64,000 nt of DNA, from the NCBI GenBank assembly GCA_963796965.1, contig CAWCNS010000020.1, positions 1 to 64,000 on the forward strand, given 5' to 3'. Shown piece after piece: positions 40,917 to 52,807 of this stretch. The position numbers and the translations under genes were made by a program. How positions within the stretch are numbered: the stretch's first letter is position 1; each line of letters begins with the position of its first letter. The notes under the pieces are model-generated. The model had not been told where the DNA came from. It saw only the letters and a program-made list of their open reading frames with translations, and did no database searches. The DNA comes from Calditrichia bacterium. GTDB taxonomy: Bacteria > Calditrichota > Calditrichia > JAJRVZ01.

Positions 40917-43274
40917 ATGAAATATTTGCCACGATTTAGTTTTTTAACATTATCTCTTGTTTTTATGCTCATGGTTAGTTTAGGAGCTCAGACAACCATA
41001 GAGTTTGAAGCAGAAGATTTTGATTACAATGCAGATCCCGTTGGTACCTGGCTTGTTATTGATGATGCCAATGCTTCAGGCGGAAAAAGTCTTAAGCAAA
41101 TTAATACGAATTATAAAACAGGAATTTTTGTTGGTTGGAAATTTGAAACAACTTCTGCAACCGATACAGTTTATTATGTATGGTATAAAATGAGAGTAAC
41201 TGTTGGCTCAAACAGAGAATTTAGCAGGGTATGGATTAATTGGGACCAGGATGTTAATACTGATGGTACAACCTGGCCCAACCAAGGAGAGCATGCTTGG
41301 TATGCAGATGAGTACTATTATGATATGGATACTACATTTCATTGGTACCAAGGATTTGGCTCTTACCACGGTATTACAGCAGATTCACTGATTTTTCAAC
41401 CCGGTCAACATGAACTATTTTGGCGCCAGAGAGATTTGAATTATTACGCATGCGACAAAATTATTATTACAAATGATTTAACTTTCAGACCTGAATATAC
41501 TATTGAAGAATGGGAAGCAGAAGGATGGCCGATAAGCACTCCCCTGGAAGTAATTGCAGAAGCAGGCGCATCGGGTGACTCGGTAGTAGCCACCCAAGGC
41601 GGAAGTGGAACAATAAGTAATGTGGATCTCTTAAATGGTAATTTAGATATAGGTGTTCGTGATGGACGTGTAGCAGAGGATACTTATTACTTATGGATGT
41701 TGGTAAATCTGCCATCGGAGAGTGCCAACTCGTACTGGATAGGTATGGGAGATGAAGGGATTATCCCGCCAAGCTGGGAAGGAGCCGTAACAAGTGGTTA
41801 CGAATGGCGTCAATTAACGGATGATTTAGGAGCTGTAAAGCCACTTTATATTGTTACAGAAGATTTCAATGCCTTCTCAACTATACGACTTAAGCAGCAG
41901 GAAGAAGGAACAAAGATTGATAAGTATTTACTTACCAATGACGCCAGTTATGTTCCAACAAATCCTGGTGGATCGGGTGAGAAAACAACCATAGAGTTTG
42001 AAGCAGAAGATTTTGATTACAATGAAGACCCCGATGCTACCTGGCTTGTTATTGATGATGTCAACGCTTCAGGCGGACAAGGCCTTAAACAGATCAATAC
42101 AACTATTAAAGCAAAAAAATTCGTAGGCTGGAAATTTGAAACCACATCGGCAACGGATACAGTGTATTATGTGTGGTATAAAATGAGAGTTACCCCTGAA
42201 TCAAACAGGGAATTTCACAGAATATATTTCAATTGGGACCAGGATACGAGTGTCGCTGGTACAGATTGGCCATTTCAAGAGGAGCAAGGCATTTATGCTC
42301 ATGAATACTATTTTGATAAGGATACGTCATATCATTGGTACCAAGGATTTACATCTTACCACGGTATTACAGCAGATTCACTGATTTTTCATCCGGGTCA
42401 ACATGATTTATTTTGGCGCCAGAGAGATAATAATTATTACGTTTGCGACAAAATTATTATTACAAATGATTTAACTTTCAGACCTGAATATACTATTGAA
42501 GAATGGGAAGCAGAAGGATGGCCGATAAGCACTCCCCTGGAAGTAATTGCAGAAGCAGGCGCATCGGGTGACTCGGTAGTAGCCACCCAAGGCGGAAGTG
42601 GAACAATAAGTAATGTGGATCTCTTAAATGGTAATTTAGATATAGGTGTTCGTGATGGACGTGTAGCAGAGGATACTTATTACTTATGGATGTTGGTAAA
42701 TCTGCCATCGGAGAGTGCCAACTCGTACTGGATAGGTATGGGAGATGAAGGGATTATCCCGCCAAGCTGGGAAGGAGCCGTAACAAGTGGTTACGAATGG
42801 CGTCAATTAACGGATGATTTAGGAGCTGTAAAGCCACTTTATATTGTTACAGAAGATTTCAATGCCTTCTCAACTATACGACTTAAGCAGCAGGAAGAAG
42901 GAACAAAGATTGATAAGTATTTACTTACCAATGATCCTGATTATGTACCGATGGTTACTGCCATAGATGATGGCCTTTCTAATGGAACGCAGCCGCGGGT
43001 ATTCTCAGTTGCGCAGAATTATCCCAATCCATTTAATCCTTCTACAACCATTGCTTATTCATTGCCTAAAACGGCTGAAGTAGAAGTATCCGTCTATAAT
43101 ATTCTCGGTAAAAAAGTTGTCACGCTTGTGAATGGTGTACAACAGGCGGGGAATCAGGAAGTGAAATGGAATGGATTGAACACGGTCGGTAACCGCGTTT
43201 CAACAGGTATTTATTTTTATATGGTGAAATACCAGGATAAAGTTGAACACAAGAAAATGTTATTGCTGAAATAA
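40917..43274 (+). CDS. T9SS-secreted protein with tandem CBM6/35-like modules (A-B-A'-B) and CTD
   Basis: RBS gaggggag; signal peptide; IEFEAEDF / WEAE module starts and DKxxxTND ends; QNYPNPFNP CTD. Confidence 0.75.
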   Translation: MKYLPRFSFLTLSLVFMLMVSLGAQTTIEFEAEDFDYNADPVGTWLVIDDANASGGKSLKQINTNYKTGIFVGWKFETTSATDTVYYVWYKMRVTVGSNREFSRVWINWDQDVNTDGTTWPNQGEHAWYADEYYYDMDTTFHWYQGFGSYHGITADSLIFQPGQHELFWRQRDLNYYACDKIIITNDLTFRPEYTIEEWEAEGWPISTPLEVIAEAGASGDSVVATQGGSGTISNVDLLNGNLDIGVRDGRVAEDTYYLWMLVNLPSESANSYWIGMGDEGIIPPSWEGAVTSGYEWRQLTDDLGAVKPLYIVTEDFNAFSTIRLKQQEEGTKIDKYLLTNDASYVPTNPGGSGEKTTIEFEAEDFDYNEDPDATWLVIDDVNASGGQGLKQINTTIKAKKFVGWKFETTSATDTVYYVWYKMRVTPESNREFHRIYFNWDQDTSVAGTDWPFQEEQGIYAHEYYFDKDTSYHWYQGFTSYHGITADSLIFHPGQHDLFWRQRDNNYYVCDKIIITNDLTFRPEYTIEEWEAEGWPISTPLEVIAEAGASGDSVVATQGGSGTISNVDLLNGNLDIGVRDGRVAEDTYYLWMLVNLPSESANSYWIGMGDEGIIPPSWEGAVTSGYEWRQLTDDLGAVKPLYIVTEDFNAFSTIRLKQQEEGTKIDKYLLTNDPDYVPMVTAIDDGLSNGTQPRVFSVAQNYPNPFNPSTTIAYSLPKTAEVEVSVYNILGKKVVTLVNGVQQAGNQEVKWNGLNTVGNRVSTGIYFYMVKYQDKVEHKKMLLLK
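41451..42934 (+). repeat. 491-bp intragenic direct repeat (41451-41941 = 42444-42934)
   Basis: Identical by eye at offset 993; identical antisense ORFs at 41500 and 42493. Confidence 0.9.
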
Positions 43275-43299
43275 GATTTTGAGATTTTTGTATTTCCGC

Positions 43300-43332
43300 A
43301 AACCCGGCGGTTGTTATACTGCCGGGTTTTTT
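43300..43332 (+). terminator. Rho-independent terminator
   Basis: aaacccggcggt-tgttat-actgccgggttt followed by a T tract. Confidence 0.7.
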
Positions 43333-43354
43333 AACTTTGGAAGATAACCGAGGG

Positions 43355-43748
43355 ATGAAAATGAAGTCTATTAATGCACTAATTATTTTGGTTATGTTCT
43401 TTTTTTTAATGAGTTCAGAGTTATGCGCTCAGTTATCTTATGCCGAAGGCGGGCCACTAGTGGAAGATCCAAGATTTGAGGTTGTCCCGGAATTAAGGCG
43501 TTATGTCGATACAATAAGCGGCAATGATGACAATGATGGCAAAACTCCGGTAACAGACTGGAACACTCAGTAAAATTAATAGCCAAAAGAGTACATTTTT
43601 ACCAGGATTTCATGTTCTTTTTAAACGGGGTCAATCATGGACGGGAGATTTAGGTTCCGAAGCATTGCCGCATGGTGCTGAAAATAAGCGTATAGTTTTA
43701 GGGGCATGGCATGAGCTGGGGTGAACCATTAATGGAAAAAAATACTAA
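43355..43748 (+). pseudogene. Internally deleted paralogue of 45239-48192
   Basis: N-terminus matches (QLSYAEGGP..PELRRY.D..SGND.NDGKTP); at ~43707 it jumps to ggcatgagctggggtgaacc, matching 46747 ggcattagctggggcgaacc. Confidence 0.8.
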
Positions 43749-43800
43749 GCCGGCGGCCGGAACTGTTTAAATAACTACAATGTTCATGAGGAGAAACAAA

Positions 43801-45159
43801 ATGAAATATTTGATACGATTTAGTTTTTTAACATTATCTCTTATTTTTGCACTCATGGTTAGTTTGGGAGCTCAATCAACTATAGAGTTTGAAGCGGAAG
43901 ATTATGTTTACAATGAGGACCCAAATAGCACGTGGCTGGTAATGGATGATGTTGGAGCATCTGGAGGTCAGTTTATATCTCAGGTTCAACAAATCAGATC
44001 GTATAATGCTATTGGTTGGGAATTTGAGACAATTTCAGCAACAGATACCATCTACTATATATGGTATTATGCAAGAAGACCACTAAACTCTTCGTTTGAT
44101 TATAATCGTTTTTATGTGAATATGGATGGGGACACCAATACAGTTGGTTCCAGCTGGCCATTCCAATACTTTAATAATTTACAATTTCAGGAAGAAGCCG
44201 CAGATAGTGTTTATGATTGGCTTTGGTACCAAAACCATGACGGCGCGAAACATGACTCGATATATATTCAGCCCGGCCAGCATGTTTTATATCTTCGCCA
44301 CCGAGATCCTGCTTTCTGTGAAATAGACAAGATAAAAATTACTAACGATCTAACATGGCAGCCAGATGTAAAATATGAATGGGAAGCGGAAGCATGGCCG
44401 TTAGCTGCACCACTGGAAGTGGTATCTGAAGCAGGCGCATCAGGCGATTTGGTAGTAGCCACACAAAGTGGAAGCGGAACAATAAGCAGTATTGATCTTC
44501 TAAACGGCAACTTAGATGTTGGCTTTCGCTCCGGCCGTGTTGCAAATGCCGATTATTACCTGTGGTTTTTAGTAAACCTTCCTTCAGAAGCAGCCAATTC
44601 CTATTGGATAGGTACAGGCGATGAAGGGATTATCCCACCAACTGGGAAGGCGCAGTAACAAGTGGTTATGAATGGCGTCAATACACCGACGAATTAGGGG
44701 CAGTTAAGCCACTTCATGTCTCTACAAATGGTAGTTTCAATGAGTTCCATACCTTACGCATTAAGCAGCAGGAAGAAGGCACAAAGATTGATAAGTATTT
44801 ACTTACCAATGATCCGGAATATGTACCGCCAGTAAATTCCGGAATTGGTGATGACCTGTCTGAAAACGGACATCAGCCGGCAGAATTCTCGGTTGCACAG
44901 AATTATCCTAACCCGTTTAACCCGTCAACAACTATCAGTTACACCTTACCGAGTACAGTCTAAAGTAGACGTAATTATTTATAATATGCTGGGTGGAAAA
45001 GTGGCTACCCTTGTTAACGGGATACAGCAGGCAGGATTTAAAGAAGTTAAATGGAATGCATTAAACTCAGCAGGTAATAACGTTGCTTCAGGAATTTATT
45101 TTTATTTGGTAAAATTCAAGGGCAAAGTTGAATATAAAAAGATGATTTTAATTAAATAG
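43801..45159 (+). CDS. Paralogue of 40917 (A''-B'-CTD), frameshifts at ~44641 and ~44959
   Basis: Same signal peptide and modules; ccaactgg vs paralogue ccaAGCTgg; acAGTCTaaa. Confidence 0.75.
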
Positions 45160-45238
45160 GATTTATAAATTTTTGTATTTCCGGAAAATTGACAGTTGTT
45201 ATACTGCCGGTTTTTTAACTTTGGAAGATAACCGAGGG

Positions 45239-48192
45239 ATGAAAATGAGGTCTATTAAAACATTAATTATTTTGGCTTTGTTCTTTTCATTAATGAACAT
45301 AAAATTGTATGCACAATTATCATATGCAGAGGGCGGGCCATCAGTTGAAGACCCGGGACTTGAAGCAGCCCCGGAGTTAAGGCGATATATTGATGCCGTA
45401 AGTGGCAATGATGCCAATGATGGAAAAACCCCTGCAACCGCATGGAAGACCCTTGGTAAAGTTAATGCTCAAAAAAGTACATTTTTACCTGGATTCCATA
45501 TTCTTTTCAAAAGAGGACAATCATGGAGCGGGAATTTAGGATCTGAATCGACGCCTCATGGTATTGAAAACAATCGAATAGTATTTGGCGCATATGGTCC
45601 ACTTACCGATGCTTAGACCAGTGATCAGTGGAGAAATTTTTGCATCTACTTATCATATGGTACGTGATTTACAAGGTTCGCAATTTTATTTAGGTAAATA
45701 TGGTAATCACCACAGTATCTTCTATAATAATATCTGTTTTGGTGGTGGAAACAATGCGATTATGGTAATTGGTGATGTGCATCACTCAAGCTATTGTTGG
45801 AAATATTATTTATGATGTAAGCAGTAATGATGCGCTCTCTATTCATGCACGGAACTGGGTTACTCCTGTAGAGAACGTTAAATCGCACCATTGGATACTC
45901 GATAATATTTCTATTGGTAATAGCGGCATGGAAGATGGAATTGATGTTTCGATGGGCGATTATACAGCAGAGGGCCAAAGGGTAGAGGGAGATGTAAAGG
46001 TAATTGCCAACAAAGTTCAAATGCAGGCTGTACCAGGTTTATCAACTAAAACAGGCGTGGGCCTGCAATCCATTGCTATGGGGCATGAAGCTATTTATAC
46101 ATGGGTTATTGGCAATATTGCCAGCAGCGGAACCACTTTAGGATTTAATGCTGCAAGAAATCGTCCTGAAATGAAAGCCAGTGGTAATATTTGGTTTAAG
46201 GGGAATTCTACTACTTTTTGTCTATTAGATGCCCCGAATTTAGTTTTTGAACATAACACCATTTTCGATTATACGGGGAATGCAACCGCTATTTATTTAA
46301 ACAGTAAAAATCTGGAATTTTCAAAAAATATTATTTTACGCCCTGATGGTGGTTATTGGGCACAATTGTTCGTTAATCCGAACTATATGGATCAAAACTG
46401 GTGGGGGCCTTCAGATTCCCCTGTTATAAATGGGCAATCATTCAGTGAATGGCAAATATCAACCGGATTTGATCTTAATTCTGCTACTGGTCCAATCCCA
46501 GGTATAACAGCACCACTAAATGATGCTTACAATCACGATCCGCGCAATTGGAATGATCAGGTTTTTCTGGATCAATTTATTCCTTCCCCAGAATTTGAGG
46601 GAACAAATGGCCTCATCCCAGGAGCTTATGATAACAAAGGTAACCGTCAAGGATTGGCCATACTCCCTTTTGAAGGATCAGATTTAGAGAATGGCGGCTT
46701 AGGCTGGGAAGGCCCACTTATTGTCCAGCAGCGCTTAAAGGAGTTAGGCATTAGCTGGGGCGAACCGCTTCTGGCCAAATACCCTCTGCCATCAGACAGG
46801 TCAGCAGATGTTACTATCAGCAGTACTTTAACTGGCAGGCCGGTGACAGCACCCTCAGCCATGATGTCTATTTAGGGACACATCCTGATTCTATCGTTTT
46901 TCAAGGCAACCAAATCAGTTTAACCTTTGATCCGGGTACATTAAATTATGAAACAGTTTATTATTGGCGAGTTGATCAGGTTACCGGCGACAGCACGTAT
47001 ACAGGGTCTGTCTGGTCTTTTACCACTGAGTGGGAACCTGTAGTCCCCGCATTCACTGTCAACCCCATTCCAGAAACGAACGCAGTGGATCAACGTACCA
47101 ATCTGCTTTTATCATGGCAATCGGGAGCCAGAACCTTAAGCTCCGATGTCTACTTTGGCACAAGCAATCCACCACCCTTTATCGGCAACCAGACCACAAA
47201 CAGTTATAGCTCCGGAGATTTGGATTTAAGCACCACCTACTATTGGCGCATCGATGGCAAAAATATCTGGGGAACGAGCGAAGGCACAGTCTGGCAGTTT
47301 ACGACCCAATCGGTACCGACACTTCCAGCAGGCTGGGCCAGCCTGGATATTGGTAATGTAGTGCTTCCCGGCGATGACGATTTTCAGAATAACAGACTTT
47401 ATAATCAGCGCATCGGGTGCCGGTATTAAAGACCAGGCAGACCAGTTCCGTTATGTTTATCATGCTTTGAGCGGCAATGGGGATATCAGCGCGCGCGTGG
47501 TCTCTCTGGACGCTACCAATCCTTCGGCCATGGCTGGTGTGATGGTACGTGATAAGCTGGATGGCACCTCGGCCTATCATCTCAGTGCCCTCACTGCCGG
47601 ATCGGGTATAAAAGCGCAAGGCCGATTATTTGACAGTGGCCTGACAAGCATAAAAGCAGGCACTGTGGTAAGTGCCCCGTATTGGGTTAAAGTGCAGCGG
47701 GTGAGTAATTATTTAGTGAGTTATGAATCGGCCGACGGTCTGTTATGGAAAACACTTAAGACCGAACAGATTGAGATGCAGACCAATGTTTATGCCGGGC
47801 TTGCAGTTACAGCATCGGATAATGATAGCCTGACGAGAGCAGTTTTTGATAATGTCAAGATTAATGGACAACTCGTGACCTCTTTTGCATCATCACCGAT
47901 AAGCAATCTAATACCAAAAGAATTTAAGATTGGTAACTATCCCAATCCTTTTAACCCTGAAACGACTATTCGTTTTGACTTACCAAAGGCTGGAAATGTA
48001 AAAGTCGGGATTTATGACATATCCGGACGAACAATAAACGAGTTAATAAATGGCCAACAGCAAGCAGGTTCTCATGCGGTGGTCTGGGATGGAAAAAACA
48101 GGCATGGAATTCAATCCGCAACCGGCATTTACCTGTACCGTGTTCAGTATAACCAAACTGTTAAAACAGGTAAAATGATTTTGATGAAATAA
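45239..48192 (+). CDS. T9SS-secreted right-handed beta-helix protein with FN3-like repeats, beta-sandwich and CTD (4 frameshifts)
   Basis: GNDANDGKTPATAWKTL..ILFKRGQSW; Asn-rich helix; YYWRVD..WSFTT repeats; DQFRYVY..GDISARV..AGVMVR; NYPNPFNP; shifts at ~45615, 45789, 46831, 47396. Confidence 0.7.
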
Positions 48193-48479
48193 TATCATTT
48201 GATACTATGAGCAAAAAATAATTATTTCTAATATCATTTTTAATTCGTGAAATTCGTCAAAATTAGTGGAGTTCGTGGACTTCTGTTCTTTGTTTGCAGC
48301 ATTGTGCTGTGTTATGAATAGAATTGGCTAAAGAATTGTACCAAACAGAAGGGGTACAAATATACGATTAATAATATTACTGAGTATAGCGCTTTTATTA
48401 ATTCTAATTTCATGCAATGATCGTTAAAAACAGAAACAAAATCCGGAAAATAAAAGCGATAGTCAATCGATACAAAATC

Positions 48480-48745
48480 AAAAGAAATTGAATCAGTACA
48501 AGAAGTAATTGATGATTTATGGAGAGCATTAGCCAGGCAGGATGCTGAAAGGCGAATCTAAAGAACTTTCAGTTGGTCACCTCGGAGATGACAATTAATG
48601 TTTCTGGAGAGCAAGCCTGGGCAACTTACAAAGCAGAAATGAATGGATAGGTTCAGAAAAAGAAACGGAATGGCAAGTTCCTCATGCCAAATATTCTAAA
48701 AAAAGAGAATGATGTGTGGCATATCGTGCATGTGCATGAATTACA
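48480..48745 (+). pseudogene. SnoaL/NTF2-like remnant
   Basis: Fragments EIESVQEVIDDLWRALARQD, INVSGEQAWATY and NILKKENDVWHIVHVHE separated by stops. Confidence 0.45.
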
Positions 48746-48885
48746 GTTTGAATAATTTCACAAAACCCATGAGTACCTGAACAGGATTTGCATGTTTACC
48801 GGCCATGGATTTTTCATCTGGATTTAGGAGGAATCTTCTTATTTTTTATTTTAGCCTTTAATCAAAAATGTGAGAGGAGATTGAG

Positions 48886-50469
48886 ATGAAAATTAAAACT
48901 GTAAGTCTGCTTTTGCTTTTATTCATGTTGTGCACATCATTATTCGGGACAGAAGCTTTCCTGTATATAATGTCTTGGATTTCGGTGCTATAGCCGATGG
49001 AAAGACCAAAAATACAGACGTATTTAAAAAAGCTTATTACCAAGGTTAAAGAGGCTGGTGGTGGAACTGTTTATGTGCCACCCGGAAATTATCTGACCGG
49101 ACCGATCCATTTTGTCGATAATATGACCCTCTACCTCGAAGCAGGGGCTACGCTTAATTTCACAACGGATTTTGATGATTACCTACCAATGGTTCAGGTG
49201 CGTTTCCAGGGTGTTGATTTAAAAAACTTCTCACCACTCTTATATGCTTACAAAGTGAATAATATTGCCATAAAAGGACAGGGAAGCGTTCAGGGTAATG
49301 GCGATGTATGGAACAAATTTACCCAGGAATTCAGGAAGTTATTAAAGGAGAGTGGTTCAGACAGGACAGATATAAATAAGTGGCAAAAGATGACCTATGA
49401 GGTAAATCATCCTAAAAAACCTCAGCACTCAGGATTTATGCGGCCGCAGTTATTTCTTGCTTACGATTGCCATGATGTTAACATTGAAGATGTAAAAGTT
49501 CTCAACTCGCCTTTTTGGAGTTTGCATCTTGTATTGTGCGAAAACGTAAATGTGAACGGTGTCTTTATTAAAAACCCGCCCTCTATGAACCCGGATGGCA
49601 TCAATCCCGAATCATGTAAAAATGTGCATCTCTCCAACTGTCATGTTGATACTGATGACGACTGCATCACCCTAAAAGCAGGTAAGAATGCCGAGGCACG
49701 TTGGGAAGGAAATTCATGTGAAAATATTACAATCTCAAATTGCACCCTAATAAGTAATGGCGCGGCTGCAATTGGCATTGGCAGCGAAATGTCCGGTAGT
49801 GTCCGAAACGTCACCATTTCCAATTGTGTTTTTGATGGCACCCGCGGGGGAATATATATAAAAACTATGCGCGGACGCGGTGGTGTAGTAGAAAATGTAC
49901 GAGTTGATAATGTCATCATTAACAATATGCGGCAATCAGCTGCAATCGGTCTGGATATGATGTATTACATAAAGACAGAAAAAGAACCCGTGACGGAGAA
50001 TACGCCCCGGTTTAGAAATATACACTTTAGTAATATCAGCGGTTTTGGCAATAAAAAGGGCATAAGAATACGTGGCTTGGAAGAGATGCATATCGAAAAT
50101 GTCTCCTTTACAAATATAGATCTAGGCGGTGTAGATGGTTTCAATGCCAGCTTTGTGACCGGACTGCGCCTGAATAATGTATCGATGACACCGGATACAG
50201 GTGCCGCTTTTAATGGCTTAGAAATTAACGGATTGGAAATCAATGGATTTAGCACTCATAAAAACATGGAAGAGATGCCATTGATCAGATTGAACAATGT
50301 TGAGAAAGCCTTTATCCATAATACGTTTCTGCCGCAGGGCATTAAAACTTTTGTGGAAGTGTCAGGTGCTAAATCCGCTGAAATTTATTTTGGCAGTGAG
50401 GATGTCAGCCGTTTTTCAAAGAATATTAAGTTTACAAATGGTGCTACAGAAAAAGCACTGGTTCATTGA
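48886..50469 (+). CDS. GH28 glycoside hydrolase (5' end frameshifted twice)
   Basis: RBS gaggag, ATG 48886 signal peptide, YNVLDFGAIADGKT, NPDG, DDDCITLKAG, IGSEMSG; shifts at AGCT 48954 and 49031. Confidence 0.85.
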
Positions 50470-50517
50470 TTACTGTTTTTATAAGATTGATAATCTAAAA
50501 CTATAAAGGAGCTTGAT

Positions 50518-52681
50518 GTGTTTGTTAATCTTAAAAATATTCTGGTATTACTGTTTATTTTGTGCTTTAATCTTTTTGCCTCAGATAAACTTCCAGAATC
50601 ATTTCAGATTCTTCCGCAGCCAAAAAATGTAGAATTATTTTCAGATAAGGGTATAGAATTTGGTGAGATAAAATCTTTAAAATTAGATGGAAATATTGGC
50701 AGGCCAATTTTGGGAAATATACTATCTCAACTTCCTGAAATAAGTGCGAATGAGGGCGGTCGTATAACTTTAAAAATTGTAAATGATGGAAATATTCCGC
50801 AATCGCCTGAAGGGTATGTTTTAGAGGTTTCCCGTGGCAATGTACAAATTACATCGCGCGGGGAAGCCGGCCTTTTTTATGGCTGCCAAACACTAGAACA
50901 GATGCTGGAAGATGCGCAGGAAAAGAGTGTTGCAATACCCGCCTGCAAAATCACCGATTTCCCGGATTATACATACCGTTCTGTTCACTTTGATACAAAA
51001 CATCATCTGGATCATATCAACTATTATTATGAGAGTATCGACCGTCTGGCCCGTTATAAAATTAACGCCATCACCTGGGAATTTGAGGACAAACTAAGTT
51101 ATCAAACACACCCACTAATTGGAGCGCCGCAGGCCATAAGTATTGATGAGATGGCTGCCTTAACAAGGTATGCACGTGAAAGGCATATTGAAATCACACC
51201 ATTGGTTCAGGGCCTTGGACATGCAACGTTTATCTTAAAGCATCAAGAATATGCTTATTTACGTGAGATAAAAAACAATCGTTGGGCATTTTGTCCATTA
51301 CACGAGGGTGGATATCAGGTATTATTTGATCTGTACAGAGAAGCCATTGAAGCAACACCCGGAAGCAAGTATTTCCATATCGGGGGAGATGAGATCGGAA
51401 ATATAGGTTTATGCGAGCGCTGTAAGCCCACGGCAGACGAAAAAGGCAAATTTGAACTAAATCTCTATTGGTTAAACAGGGCTTGTGAATTTTTAGTGGA
51501 GCAAGGACGTACCCCAATTTTTTGGGGCGATATGCCCTTTCAATATGCCGGGGTTTGGTACACTACCAGAGAAGAGGAAGATTCGCCGGAGCTTTGGGAA
51601 GCAGGCCTGATCAAATTAGATGAGGTAAAAGATCGTTTTCCTAAAAAGGGTGTTTTTATGCACTGGAATTACACCACCTGTCGCCAACCGGGAAATAACC
51701 GCGTATTAGATTGGCTTACAAGTCACAACCTGAATACAATGATATCCACAGGCGCAAATAGCGGACCAGCAGACTCTGTTCCCCAAGGATGATCGTACGG
51801 GTGAGATGTCAGATCGTGGTTTGGTAGCAATTCAATCTTCTATGCAATTAGCGTACGAAAACGGAATTGATGGAGTTCTAACCACAGGTTGGGATGACTG
51901 CTCACCTCATATGGAAACATATTGGAGAGGATTTATTGCTTCTGCAGAATTTAGCTGGGCTACACAAGGCAGAAATCTTGATGACTTTCTAAAAGCATTT
52001 CTGCACCGTGAATTCGGACCAGAGGCCGCTTATACCGATCTATATTTACTGTTGAGAGATGCCGCGCTCTTCTGGGAAACATCGTTAGTACGGAATGGAA
52101 ACAGGATGGATATTGAAAATGCGCTACTCGTACTTCCGGGAATAGCACACTGGGTACCAGAAGAAGGCAGGAAAAATGAGAAACAGAGGTCGGGTTATAA
52201 TCATATCGTCATTGATCTGCCCGATTTAAGCCATCCCGGTGATTGGACCAATAAATATAAAGCCAGACTTGAGGAGGCTGAAAAACAATATACTATTTAC
52301 AAGAGTACTGCACGACAGCTTGATGATTTGTATAAAGTTTCTATTCGTAATCGCTATCACTGGAGGCTTTATGCAGCCCTTAATAATTTTCAAATCACTG
52401 CGCCCAAACTTCTTTTAGCTTTAAAACAATCTGATGTGAGTAATAGAGCCAAACGGGATGCCGGTATCAGGGCTGTGAGCAGAGCTTTGGATGAATTTGA
52501 AATGGCCTGGGTGGAAATTAAGGACGTATACGGAGAGACCCGGCATATTAAATACCCGAAATACTATGTAAGGGATCGCTATTTTCATTATGCCACTCAA
52601 CGGGAAAATTTAACCTGGATGATTCAGGTTGAGGAATTGCTACATAAACTTGTACGGGAATGGGTAAAAAATAATAAATAA
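50518..52681 (+). CDS. GH20-like beta-N-acetylhexosaminidase, frameshift at ~51773
   Basis: ILPQPK, GLFYGCQTL, ITDFPDY, FHIGGDE catalytic motif; joins on removing A in gcAGACTctg. Confidence 0.8.
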
Positions 52682-52807
52682 GTAAACCATGGCCAATCTG
52701 AATTATTCATCTCTCAAAGAGCAGCAAAGTTTTGTTGTCATTCCGACTAAATTTAAATTGGATAAACAAAAATATAAATACTCGTGCAAGAGACAGGAAT
52801 CAATATC

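Noticed and set aside
40991..42443. A/A' module pair as a diversity-generating retroelement TR/VR
   Set aside because: Differences are not adenine-specific, many are synonymous, and no reverse transcriptase is present in the window.
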